Assembly: GCF_022045235.1 (NCBI RefSeq)
Contig: NW_027266272.1
Location: forward strand, 29,140,001 to 29,204,000
Direction: 5' to 3'
DNA length: 64,000 nt
From: Haliotis cracherodii
Lineage: Eukaryota
Position 1 is the first letter of the stretch. Each line of letters starts with the position of its first letter. The translations under genes and the position numbers were made by a program. Positions 1 to 11,600 of this stretch are shown in pieces. A model generated the notes under the pieces. That model did no database searches and had not been told where the DNA came from. It worked only from the letters and a program-made list of their open reading frames with translations.

Positions 1-298
1 CCATGTTGCCTACTGCCACCTGCCCTTGCCAACGGTAATTTAAGGAAAGAAAAAGTTAAAGTGTAACCTATGCAAATCTTTCAAAATCGTTATATTACTC
101 ATGTTATATTTCTGTATAGCAGCAATTCTTGTAAGCAAGAACCCATACTTAACCTGAAACAAACAATTACATTAACACCAGGAACAATGACAATTGAGTT
201 TGTTTAACATAGATTACGACGGCACCTTATCATTATAAACGGAACATTTTCCCCAAGTAATTTGATTCATTAAAGCGCTAATAAAATCCTCTTTCAAG

Positions 299-540
299 AA
301 GGGTAACTCTATTTACCTATTAAACTCTACCAGAGTAGTTTCCCTTAGAATGATCTTCGCATTTCATAACTTTTAAGATCCAATCTAAACAGGCGACGTA
401 CCCAATGTTGATGTGTATATTTCACAATGTAAAGGCAGACGGAAGTGCCAAGTGATTCATAAAGTCGACGCATGCGTGGACTTGCCTTCAGTCATGGCGT
501 CATGGCAACTATTAGGCCTTCCTGTGTGTCAGCCATTTTG
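299..540 (+). promoter_or_regulatory. Putative TATA-less promoter, copy 1
   Basis: CGGAAGTG (ETS) at 440-447, palindrome ACGCATGCGT (NRF1-like) at 468-477, CTTCCTG at ~518-524 and GCCATTTTG (YY1) at 532-540. Locally CpG-rich and conserved in all four units just upstream of a GTATGT donor. Confidence 0.65.
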
Positions 541-626
541 AGAGATATCACTGGAAGTTTTCGCAGTTTTATCGTGCAAAATACCTGCTTTAAAAGTGTG
601 TACAACTTGAAGAAGTGAAGAAAACT

Positions 627-1078
627 ATGAATCCTACTAGGACAGGTATGTGAAATTGGCCTTTTTACCAGTGTTACGGTTGGATGAAGCTGTTTTAACA
701 TGTTTACAATGCATAAAATAGACGCTGATCTTTCGATCTTTCTATACTCCAATTTCAATTTTCAATGTCTGCATGTGCCTATGTGGGTCTTAATATTATG
801 GAGTTGCACAATAACAGTAGGTTGTTGTTTCTAACCTGAACAGTTGTACTAAATGTACCCGGTGTGAAAACGTAACATGATACACCCCATAATCGACTGA
901 GGTAAAGGGACATTGTCGGATCCCTGCAGACTCGTTTTCAAGACACATAGAATTAATGAATTTTGTCCTTTATCAGAAAGAATAGCCTTGATCGTAACTT
1001 CATCCTTTATTGAATACTACTTTGAGCGACACATGTGTACGTTTTATAAATGTATACTGCTCTTCAGTACTATCATAA
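627..1078 (+). other. Putative leader exon end, intron 1 (646-1067) and spliced uORF MNPTRTVLS* whose TAA overlaps the main ATG
   Basis: ATG at 627, donor CAG|GTATGT at 646 and acceptor tcttcAG|T at 1066-1067. The joined frame stops at TAA 1076-1078 inside TAATG. Confidence 0.45.
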
Positions 1079-2346
1079 TGATGAATTGCTTGGTGGTAGT
1101 CCCTGTGACCCGCTTGCCGCCCGGGCTGCCAACAGTGGTGATGGGAGATGGGACCAGATGTCTGGTAGAGAACAACACTATCTGGATACCAGCTGGTAAT
1201 CCTGTTAACTTCTCCCTGGGTGCTGGTAACCTACAGCCAAGACTCCTGCAACCTGGAGTTCAGCCATCTGTGACTGGTATCCCCCTGCCTCCTGCAGTCC
1301 AGGCACCACCTTGCAGTAGACGTAGGGAGACGATGCCTGTCAGCCAGCCGCCTGTCAGCCTGCCCAGTTCAGAGATGGACCTACAGCTGATAAGACCAGA
1401 GGTATTATTATATTTATGCTAATACATGTACCAGAATGTAACACAAAAAGTATGATTTTGTTTTTTAATCAATAAAGAATCAAGATGAGACTTTGACTGT
1501 ATCACCCATCAGGCCTTCTCCTGTGTTCTGCCCCAACTTGACCAACCGAGTCCAGTTCCTCCTTCCCAGTCTGCTAATGTTGAACCTCGAGCCATATCTT
1601 CAACAAGGAATCCCAAACCCAATTCCAAGACCCCTATCCAACTAAAGCAAAAACCTGAGCTCAAGCCCTGCAAACGCAAGCCCCGCACCTTCAGGCCAAA
1701 ACCTCAGCCAAAGCTTCGCATTCCCAAGGAGAAAGTGGGCAAGCATCAACCTGAGAGCAAGCCTTACTTTGTACCTCAGCCTCTTGGAGCTCGGCACATG
1801 AAACCCCAGAGCAAACCCCTTGGGAACCGTATCACTAAGCCCTCTGGTAGTCATGGTATCATTAAGACCTCATCTAAGCTTAGTTTTGGTGAACAGTTGT
1901 TGTCTGCTGATTGTGCTTACATAAAATCAAAGTCTGTCTTGCCAAGTACAGGATGCAAGACCTTGCCTGTCCCTGTAAAGAATGTAAAGGATAAGGTTGT
2001 TTCAACATCGGAGAGTGCTAAGTCAGGTGGTTTCACTGCTGCAACAGTAAGTGTAAATCCTGACAAGTCAGTGGACAGAGCTGAGCCTAACTCTGATGAT
2101 GAATATGATGTGGAATATCTGTATCTTACTAAACTGATTTTAAGGAAAAAGAAGAAACCCACTGCTGAGCCCAGTAAGGAGTCCCTGCCCTCACGCAAGA
2201 GGAAGTGCCCAGATGACAACAGCGAGGTGCCCCAAGCTGTGAAGCAGGCAAGACTGGAGGAGCCCCAGGACACTCTGGAGGACCTGGAAGCTCTCCTGGC
2301 TGAGTACAGCTCCAGTCTCTCATCTGGCACCAGGGACTTCTTCTAA
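1078..2346 (+). CDS. Spliced CDS join(1078..1401,1513..2346): uncharacterised ~385-aa Pro/Lys/Ser-rich, probably disordered nuclear protein
   Basis: Exon 1078-1401 (MMNCLVVVP...LQLIRPE) ends at a phase-0 GAG|GTATTA donor. The downstream frame is open from 1489 to 2346 with a phase-0 acceptor ccatcAG|GCC at 1511-1512 and a TTTGAC branch-like motif. Several paralogue differences in this frame are synonymous (gcc/gct, cta/ctt, acc/act, caa/cag). Motifs: KRKPR, RKKKK, RKRK...KQARL and DTLEDLEALLAEY. Confidence 0.72.
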
Positions 2347-2369
2347 ACACTGTAAGGGGCAGGGAACAG

Positions 2370-2445
2370 GTAGGTATAGATTAGTGTGTAGTATATAGGT
2401 TAATAATCGTACATGTGATCTTTCTCTAATCCTTTCATTGTGCAG
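2370..2445 (+). other. Putative 76-nt 3' UTR intron
   Basis: CAG|GTAGGT donor 23 nt after the stop, CTAAT branch point at ~2426-2430, pyrimidine tract and TGCAG acceptor. Confidence 0.5.
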
Positions 2446-2559
2446 TTCAACTTCAACACAGTGAACTCGTGTTTTGACCATCAGCTACCGTTTCTGTTTT
2501 ATCTACGATCTACCGAATCTAGTGCTATTATCTGTATCTGGCCATTTCCACGTCTATGG

Positions 2560-5280
2560 TGCTCTACCCCTTGTATCTATATTCCTACTTTGCCTTTATG
2601 TCCTACAGTACCCTACTCTGTCTAATCTAAATGTTGTATGTTCTACTCTACTCTGCTGTGTACTATCACACTGTACCATACCCTGCATTGCCCAACTATA
2701 TTCTCTTCTGCACTGTCCTTCGTTACTTTCTTCTACGCTGTACCTTCACCAATCCTGCTTACAGAACTCTGTACTCTCCTAATAAGCCTCAACCGTACTG
2801 CCCTTCCCCCTGTAATGTCCTACCCTCCTCTGCACTGTCCTACTCTACCCTAGCCTGTACTGGTCTACTCTACCATACTCTGTACTGTTCTATTCTACCC
2901 TCCCCTTTATTGTCCTACTCTACCCTCCCCTGTACTTTCCTACTCTACCCTGCACTGTCCTACTCTACCCTCCCCTGTACTCTCCTACCCTACCCTACTA
3001 TCCTCCTATGTACTATGCTATCCTGTACTCTACTATTCTGTAGTGTTCTACTCTTTACTGTCCTACCCTGTACTGTCCTTTTCTACCCTACCCTGTACTG
3101 TCCTACTTTACCCTACTTTACCCTACTTTGTAGTATTGTACTGTCCTACTCTATTGTTCTATTCTGTACTATCCTACCCTACCCTACAATTTACTGTCCT
3201 ACCCTACCCTATTATGTTCTGTTCTACTTTACCCTACTTTGTACTATCCTACTCTAGCCTACTCTGTATTGGCCTATCCTGTCATGTCCACAAAGGGTTG
3301 CATACAGGTAAATGACTTGGACCTAAGAAATGTAATAAGTCAATGGCAAAAGTCAATAAGTCAAATAAACAAAGATGGCGGATGCAGTATAATTTCGAAG
3401 TTCGATCTGTACTTTAAAAAAAATCCGGCATAGTTTCTGCGCACCTGGCTATCCACTGGGTCTGGGAGCAAAAATGCCATAAACATCACTTCTCATGCTC
3501 CAGACACAAGGACAACTGTCACAAGCGTGCAATGTCTCTGACCCTTTCCCCATGTTAAAGCATATTGAAAAAAATTACCTTGTACATACTTACCTTTTGT
3601 TGAAATAAACAACTTAAGACATTAATACAACGTATATCCCTGTGTTATGGGTTTTCGAACGCTGTAGAAACATTCATAATTTTCTCGCTAATGCATGAAT
3701 AACTGTAAAACATCTCATTCACTTATAAAGGACATGTTCATCTTAAAAACTAACTCTGAACTGTCCTACCCTACTCTGCATTGTCCTTAGCCTACTCTAC
3801 TCTGTACTGTCCTACTCTACCCTACTCTGTACTGTCCTACTCTACCCTACTCTGTACTGTCCTATTCCAACCTACTCTGTACTGTCCTACTCTACCCTAC
3901 TCTGTACTGTCCTACTCTACCCTACTCTGTACTGTCCTACTCTACCCTACTCTGTACTGTCCTATTCCACCCTACTCTGTACTGTCCTACTCTACCCTAT
4001 TCTGTACTGTCCTACTCTACCCTGCACTGTCCTACTCTACCCTCCCCTGTACTCTCCTACCCTACCCTACTATCCTCCTATGTACTATGCTATCCTGTAC
4101 TCTACTATTCTGTAGTGTTCTACTCTTTACTGTCCTACCCTGTACTGTCCTTTTCTACCCTACCCTGTACTGTCCTACTTTACCCTACTTTACCCTACTT
4201 TGTAGTATTGTACTGTCCTACTCTATTGTTCTATTCTGTACTATCCTACCCTACCCTACAATTTACTGTCCTACCCTACCCTATTATGTTCTGTTCTACT
4301 TTACCCTACTTTGTACTGTCCTACTCTAGCCTACTCTGTATTGGCCTATCCTGTCATGTCCACAAAGGGTTGCATACAGGTAAATGACTTGGACCTAAGA
4401 AATGTAATAAGTCAATGGCAAAAGTCAATAAGTCAAATAAACAAAGATGGCGGATGCAGTATAATTTCGAAGTTCGATCTGTACTTTAAAAAAAATCCGG
4501 CATAGTTTCTGCGCACCTGGCTATCCACTGGGTCTGGGAGCAAAAATGCCATAAACATCACTTCTCATGCTCCAGACACAAGGACAACTGTCACAAGCGT
4601 GCAATGTCTCTGACCCTTTCCCCATGTTAAAGCATATTGAAAAAAATTACCTTGTACATACTTACCTTTTGTTGAAATAAACAACTTAAGACATTAATAC
4701 AACGTATATCCCTGTGTTATGGGTTTTCGAACGCTGTAGAAACATTCATAGTTTTCTCGCTAATGCATGAATAACTGTAAAACATCTCATTCACTTATAA
4801 AGGACATGTTCATCTTAAAAACTAACTCTGAACTGTCCTACCCTACTCTGCATTGTCCTTAGCCTACTCTACTCTGTACTGTCCTACTCTACCCTACTCT
4901 GTACTGTCCTACTCTACCCTACTCTGTACTGTCCTATTCCAACCTACTCTGTACTGTCCTACTCTACCCTACTCTGTACTGTCCTACTCTACCCTACTCT
5001 GTACTGTCCTACTCTACCCTACTCTGTACTGTCCTATTCCACCCTACTCTGTACTGTCCTACTCTACCCTATTCTGTACTGTCCTACTCTACCCCACTCT
5101 GTCTTGTCCTACCCTACCCTACTCTGCATTGTCCTTAGACTACCCTACTCTGTACTGTCCTACTCTACCCTACTCTGCACTGTCCTACTCTGTACTGTCC
5201 TACTCTACCATACTCTGTACTGTCCTACTCTATCCTACTCTACCTTATGTAGTGTCCTACCATCTACCCTTCTCTCAACT
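2560..5280 (+). repeat. Satellite A (25-bp CCTACTCTGTACTGTCCTACTCTAC, built of 5-mers), interrupted by a ~480-bp non-satellite segment at ~3280-3755 and ~4352-4828
   Basis: Direct 25-bp periodicity (e.g. 3790-4020). Degenerate at the 5' edge. Confidence 0.92.
2940..5090 (+). repeat. Recent 1072-bp tandem duplication, unit 1 only
   Basis: ORF pairs 3043/4115, 3239/4311 and 3781/4853 are all offset by 1072 and nearly identical. Confidence 0.95.
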
Positions 5281-5829
5281 ATTATACTATTATACTATTA
5301 TACTATTAATCTATTAAATCTGTTCATCTCATTAGCAACCTGACACTCCTGCATTGTCCTATCTGCTACTGTCCTGTTCCTTTCTCAACAGTCGGACTGG
5401 ATATCTTTCCTTTTTCTGTCTTCTACTATTAACCATATTTCTGTTCATCTCATTACTCTCCTACTCGCTTGCGATAACAGTTTAGACGGTAGTCAAGTGG
5501 TAGCTATTTTCGGGAATTTAACATAGAGATTATGTTGAATCGTTCACTCTTTATTCAAGTAATGTGTCACTGTACGTTTTTGTAAGTTCGCGTGAAGAGT
5601 GGAAAGGGACGGCTGTGAGGGGAGGTTGGAGGCCGTTTATTTAGTATGTACTGATATACGTGTATTTATATCAAAGTTATTAATGCGTTATTCTTAATAA
5701 AATATATTTTTTCCAGTGTAAGAAGTAGTTCTGTTGTATTTAAGAACTGAAGTTGAATTGTATGGTTAGATGATGTGAAGGAAGAATGTGAGTTAGCTAA
5801 TTGCATGGTGCTCATTGAGCATCAGCTGA

Positions 5830-7060
5830 CAGACGTCATGATATACGTCTTTGTTGTGTATTTTACTGTCGAATTACCCAACAAGGTTTTTAATGGTCAT
5901 TTCCTATCAACATCATAGCTCAGAAGATAGGACACACATAATTTCTTTGATTTCTATCATGAATGCCACACAAACAGTGCATGAAGAGAACAGTTTAGCA
6001 TGAAGTGGTCAGTCAGGTCACACATTCAAATATTATTCATATATGATCGTTCCTGACATTGTTTATACTTGTAGAAGTATCAAACTTTAATTACAATCTT
6101 ATATGTCAGATTATAAGAATCAGTTATTACGAAAATTCACAAAATATGTGAACATGTATTGTATCCAAGATGGAGTGTTCAATATTTACGTCACACATGG
6201 AATATTATGGCAAGATGAAGACACGAGACTGTGTTATGTACTCATACAAAGGAAGAGATATGCTTTAGTTTGAGTGTCAGCGTGAGAATGGATACCCCTG
6301 AGGGGAAACAAATGTGGAAAGCAAATTCACGAGTGAGTGAGGAAATGGGCAAATCAATAAGCATATGCAGTGGAATATTATATCTGTATTATGGCGGCAT
6401 GTGAGGTTATCCAGTCTGAACCAGTAAAACCACGAAGACACACAACCTATCAGGATTACTGATGACTCTCCATCATGCACTATTCATTGTCGTGAAACAT
6501 TCCAAAGAGTAGAATAGGTAAAATATGTCAACTCATTAAGGATTTACAGAAAGCTGCCATTCATGATATACGTCCAGGTGATGTCTTTCAGCATGTTCAG
6601 TGTATGTTATCTTAATGGCCATTACCTATCAATGTCATGGCTCAGAAGATAGAATTCCCATAATTTCTTTGATTTCAATCATGAATGCCACACAAACAAA
6701 GCATGACGAGAAACGTTCAACATGAAGTTATCAGTGACTATACATTAAACTCACACAAATATAGCTTTGACGTTTTTGTATATCACCATGCCAGACAATG
6801 TGTATTCTTGTGTTGTTGAATCTGAGATTGAGTGCATTAAATGTTTACGCCACACTGGCAAATATATCATCGGAAGACAAGAGATGACACATGATATGTC
6901 CATTGAGACGAGACGTGTTTGAATGTGAACGTGATAATGGACACCTCTGAGGGGAGCAAACCAAATGTGGAAAGCTAATTCACGAGTGATTCAGGAAATG
7001 GGCAAATCAATAGACATATGGAGCGGATATTCTATCCATGTAGGCAATATAACATGTATT
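5830..7060. repeat. Old diverged ~0.7-kb tandem duplication in the spacer (also in unit 2, partly in unit 3)
   Basis: catgatatacgtc...gctcagaagatag...cataatttctttgattt at ~5837 and ~6562. caaatgtggaaagc...ggaaatgggcaaatcaata at ~6310 and ~6962. Confidence 0.85.
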
Positions 7061-7154
7061 GCCTCGTGCAAGCACTTTTCAAACTCAGCAGCTGAAACCA
7101 TAAGCTGATAAAACGTGCCTCACAGCTAGTCATCCTTAAAGAACTATTCATGTA

Positions 7155-7555
7155 CAGCCATTGTCACCAAGACCATCTCCAGACAAACATGGGTGACTGG
7201 TAAACTATTCTGATCTTGACTCATAATGCGTGTCACTCAGATCAACACTGAACGTAAGTTGATGTAACACACGTCACAGCTGGCCCTCCATGAAACACTT
7301 TTAATACTCGGCAGCCATTGTCACCAACGTGGTTTCAAGACAAATATGAGTGACTGGTAACCTATTCTCATCAAGACTCATAATGTGTGTCAGTCAGATA
7401 ACACTGAACGTAAGTTGATGTAACACACGTCACAGCTGGCCCTCCATAAAGCAATTTTAATACTCAGCAGCCATTGTCACCAACGTAGTCTCAAGACAAA
7501 CATGGGTGACTGGTAAGCTTTTCTTACCTCGACACATTAGGTGGGTTACTCAGAC
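7155..7555. repeat. ~157-bp tandem repeat (2.5 copies plus a degenerate upstream part)
   Basis: cagccattgtcaccaa at 7155, 7312 and 7468. Confidence 0.9.
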
Positions 7556-8139
7556 TAGATCTGATCATACATGAATATGGTATAGCAATGATGCAAGGTT
7601 GATAGCATACACTTATTCGAAGCAATACATGTTTAGGAAACAGCTTTGCTTTTTGCATTGCAAAAGTTTAAGTTCGGTTCTTGTATTTGCCAAAGACTTA
7701 ATAGTAAGAAAATGTTACACACGGGCATATGACATACTGTTACTTTCTGATATATAATATCAGAAACGTAATTAGATAATGACAGTTTTATGGTGCCAAT
7801 ATGTTTTTCTTAGTCTGACGGATAAAAAAGTAAACTTTTCTAAACACACACAGGGGCCCACTTCATATAGAAGCACCGGAGTTCCTATATTGGTTCAGCA
7901 GGCCAACATAGGATGTAAGCGGGCTAACGCAGTTGTGCCAGGCCAATATCGCATTTGACTGTGATTGCATTCCTTACATTGCAATCCCAACAAGGCGATA
8001 GACTGCTGTTATGTAAGATCGTGGATCCTGTTTCTGATATAACTGTGACATTTTTTATCTTTTTTTCTTGATCTCTTTTACTGATACTATTTTGAAACAC
8101 ATAGTTTAGGTAGTCAATTATAAATATGTCATTAAATGA

Positions 8140-8310
8140 TATAGGTCCTCGGTCAGTCATATTGGCCTGAGGCAGGCTGGCCTGACTGGACCGACGCAAT
8201 GCTTCAGGGAAAATTTCACTCAGTAAGGACCTGTAACAAGGCCTCGGACAGTCATATTGGCCCAGAAGCGTTGCCTCAGTCCAATATAGCCCACCTAGGG
8301 CCTACAACAG
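8140..8310. mobile_element. Imperfect palindromic element, possibly a MITE or DNA-transposon remnant
   Basis: ctcgg(t/a)cagtcatattggcc occurs twice, and there is a hairpin ATATTGG...CCAATAT. Partial homologues at ~21400-21475 and ~33190-33265. Family not identified. Confidence 0.3.
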
Positions 8311-8634
8311 GGATATATAATAACATAATAATATTGCATCCGTGTAACATCATGTATTCCTCCTAGTAAACTCAATACTTCTGTATCCTAGCCTAGTGGC
8401 CATGTCACGGCAGGGAACACCCGTGTGCTACTTTAGTAGACTCATTGCAAGGGTCGACGATTTGGTCTGTGGCCGATTAGGATGTGCTACACAAAATGTC
8501 GACAGCAGATTGTCTTCATATGACTATAATTTGAATTTGGAATCTCAGGGAAATACATAGGTATTAATGCACGATTGCGTTCATGGCAATGCTTAACTAC
8601 CTCTGGTATAAAGGAAATTAGGACTTTATTGAAA

Positions 8635-11600
8635 TCTCATACCCGTATGTCAGTCCTTCCACTGCAGTCCCCTTCACCTCTCATACCTCCATGTCCCCCA
8701 TACGCGTATGTCTGTCCATTCACTACAGTCCCCTTCCCCTCTCATACCTCCATGTCCCCCATACCCCTATGTGAGTCCTTCCATTGCAGTCCCCTTCCCC
8801 TCTCACACCTCCATGTCCCCCATACCCGTATGTCCGTCCTCCGACTACAGTCCCCTTTCCCTCTCATACCTCCATGTCCCCCATACAGCTTTCTCCGTCC
8901 TCCCACTACAGCCCCCTTCCCCTCTCATACCACAATGTCCCCCATACCCGTATGTCCATCCTCCCACTACAGTCCCCTTTCCCTCTCATACCTCCACGTC
9001 CCCCATACCGGTATGTCAGTCTTCCCACTACTGTCCACTTTCCCTCTCATACCTCCATGTCCAACATACCCGTATGTCAGTCCTTCCCCAAAAGTACCCT
9101 TCCCCTCTCATACCTCAATGTCCCCCATAACCTTATGTCAGTCCTCCCACTACAACCCCCTTCCCCTCTCATACCTCCGTCACCTATAGTCGTAGGTACG
9201 TCCTTCCACTACAGTCCCCTTCCCCTCTCATACCTCCATGTCCCCCATACCCGTATGTCAGTCCTTCCACTACAGTCCCCTTCCTCTCTCACACCTCCAT
9301 GTCCCAATACCTGTATGTCAGTCCTCCTACTACAGCCCCCTTCCCCTCTCACACCTCCATGTCCCCCATACCGGTATCTCAGTCCTCCCACTACTGTCCA
9401 CTTTCCCTCATACCTCAATGTCCAACATACCCGTATGTCCGTCCTCCCACCACAGTCCCCTTCCCCTCTCATACCTTCATGTTCCCCATAGCCGTATGTC
9501 AGTCCTCCCATTACAGTCCCTTTCCCCTCTCATACCTCCATGTCCCCCATACCCGTATGTCGTCCTCCCACCACAGTCCCCTTCCCCTCTCATACCTCCA
9601 TGTCCCACATACCCGTATGTCAGTCCTTCCACTACAGTCCCCATCCCCTCTCATACTACCATGTCCCCATACCCAAATGTCCGTCCTCCAACCACAGTCC
9701 CCTTCCCCTATCAAACCTCAATGTCCCCCATCCCTGTATGTCCGTCCTTCCACTGCAGTCCCCTTCCCCTTTCACACCTTCATGTCCCAATACCGGTATG
9801 TCCGTCCATCCTCTGCAGTCCCCTTCCCCTTTCTTACCTCCATGTCCCCCATACCCGTATTTCCGTCCTCCCACTACAGCCCCCTTCCTCTCTCATACCT
9901 CCATTTTCCCCATACCCGTGTATCGGTCCTCCCACTACAGTCCCCTCCCCCTCTCAAACCTCAATGTCCCCCATAACCTTATGTCAGTCCTCCCACTACA
10001 ACCCCCTTCCCCTCTCATACCTCCATGTCGGCCATACCCGTATGTCAGTCCTCCTACTACTGTCCCTTTTCCCTCTCATACCTCCAGGTCCCACATACCC
10101 GTATGTCAGTTCTTCCAGTGCAGCCCCCTTCCCCTCTCACACCTCCATGTCCCCCATACCGGTATCTCAGTCCTCCCACTACTGTCCACTTTCCCTCATA
10201 CCTCAATGTCCAACATACCCGTATGTCCGTCCTCCCACCACAGTCCCCTTCCCCTCTCATACCTCCATGTTCCTCATAGCCGTATGTCAGTCCTTCCACT
10301 ACAGTCACTTTCCCCTCTCATACCACCATGTCCCCCATACCCGTATGTCGGTCCTCCCCCCACAGTCCCCTTCCCCTCTCTTACCTCCATGCCAGCCATA
10401 CCCGTATGCGAGTCCTCCCACTACAGTCCCCTTCCCGTCTCTTACCTCCATGTCCGCCATACCCGTATATCTGTCCTCCCACCACAGTCCCCTTCCCCTC
10501 TCTTACCTCCATGTCCGCCATACCCGTATGTGAGTCCTCCCACTACAGTCCCCTTCCCGTCTCTTACCTCCATGTCCGCCATACCCGTATGTCTGTCCTC
10601 CCACTACAGTCCCCTTCGCGTCTCATACCTCCAAGTTCCCCCCGCCCGTATGTCAGTCCTCCCACTACTGTTCCCTTCCCCTCTCATACGTCCATGTCCC
10701 CCATACCGCTATGTCAGTCCTCCGACTGCAGTCCCCCTTCCCTTTCATACCTCCATGTCCCCAATACCGGTATGTCAGTGCTCCCACTGCAGTCCTCTTT
10801 CCCTCTCATAACTCCATGTCCCCCATACAGCTATGTCCGTCCTCCCACTACAGCCCCCTTCCCGTCTCATACCACAATGTCCCTAAAACCGTATGTCAGT
10901 CCCTCTTCTGCAGTCCCCTTTCCCTCTGATACCTCCATTTCACCTATACCCGTATATCCGTCCTCCCACTACAGCCCGCTTCCTCTCTCATACATCTATG
11001 TCCCTCATAGCCGTATATCTGTCCTCCCACTACAGTCCCCTTCCTCTTTCATACCCCTATGTCCCCCGTACCCGTATGTCCGTCCTCCAACTACAGTCCC
11101 CTTCCCCACTCATACCTCCATGTCCCCTTTACCCGGATGTCCGCCCTCCCACTACAGTCCCCTCCCCCTCTCATACCTCCATGTCCCCCATACCCGTATG
11201 TCCGTCCTCCCACTACAGCCACCTTCCCCTCTCATACCTCCATGTCCCCCATATCCGTATATCCGTCATCCCACTAAGGTCCCCTTCCCCTCTTATACCT
11301 CCATGTCCCACATACCCGTATATCCGTCCTCCCACTACAGCCCGCTTCCTCTCTCATACATCTATGTCCCTCTTAGCCGTATATCTGTCCTCCCACTAGA
11401 GTCCCCTTCCTCATTGATACCTCCATGTCCCTCGTACCCGTATGTCCGTCCTCCAACTACAGTCCCCTTCCCCTCTTATACCTCCATGTCCCACATACCC
11501 GTATATCCGTCCTCCCACTACAGCCCGCATCCTCTCTCATACATCTATGTCCCTCTTAGCCGTATATCTGTCCTCCCACTAGAGTCCCCTTCCTCATTGA

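Noticed and set aside
492-758. Minus-strand ORF containing caaaATGGCT (MADTQEG...), also in units 2-4
   Set aside because: It stops 14 codons after that ATG in unit 1 and has different ends elsewhere. The motif is explained as a YY1 site. Antisense transcription is not excluded.
2092-2160. DEYDVEYL...RKKKK as a chromodomain start
   Set aside because: The downstream YLVKWKG/TWE aromatic-cage motifs are absent.
1642-2350. Antisense ORFs over the last coding exon
   Set aside because: They are shadows of the plus-strand CDS and vary in length between copies.
6277-6480. 67-aa minus-strand ORF present in three units
   Set aside because: Its identity simply mirrors unit-wide DNA identity. It is not preserved in the older internal duplicate and has no recognisable domain.
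7155-7555. CRISPR-like array
   Set aside because: The whole ~157-bp unit repeats, with no unique spacers or cas genes, in a eukaryotic context.
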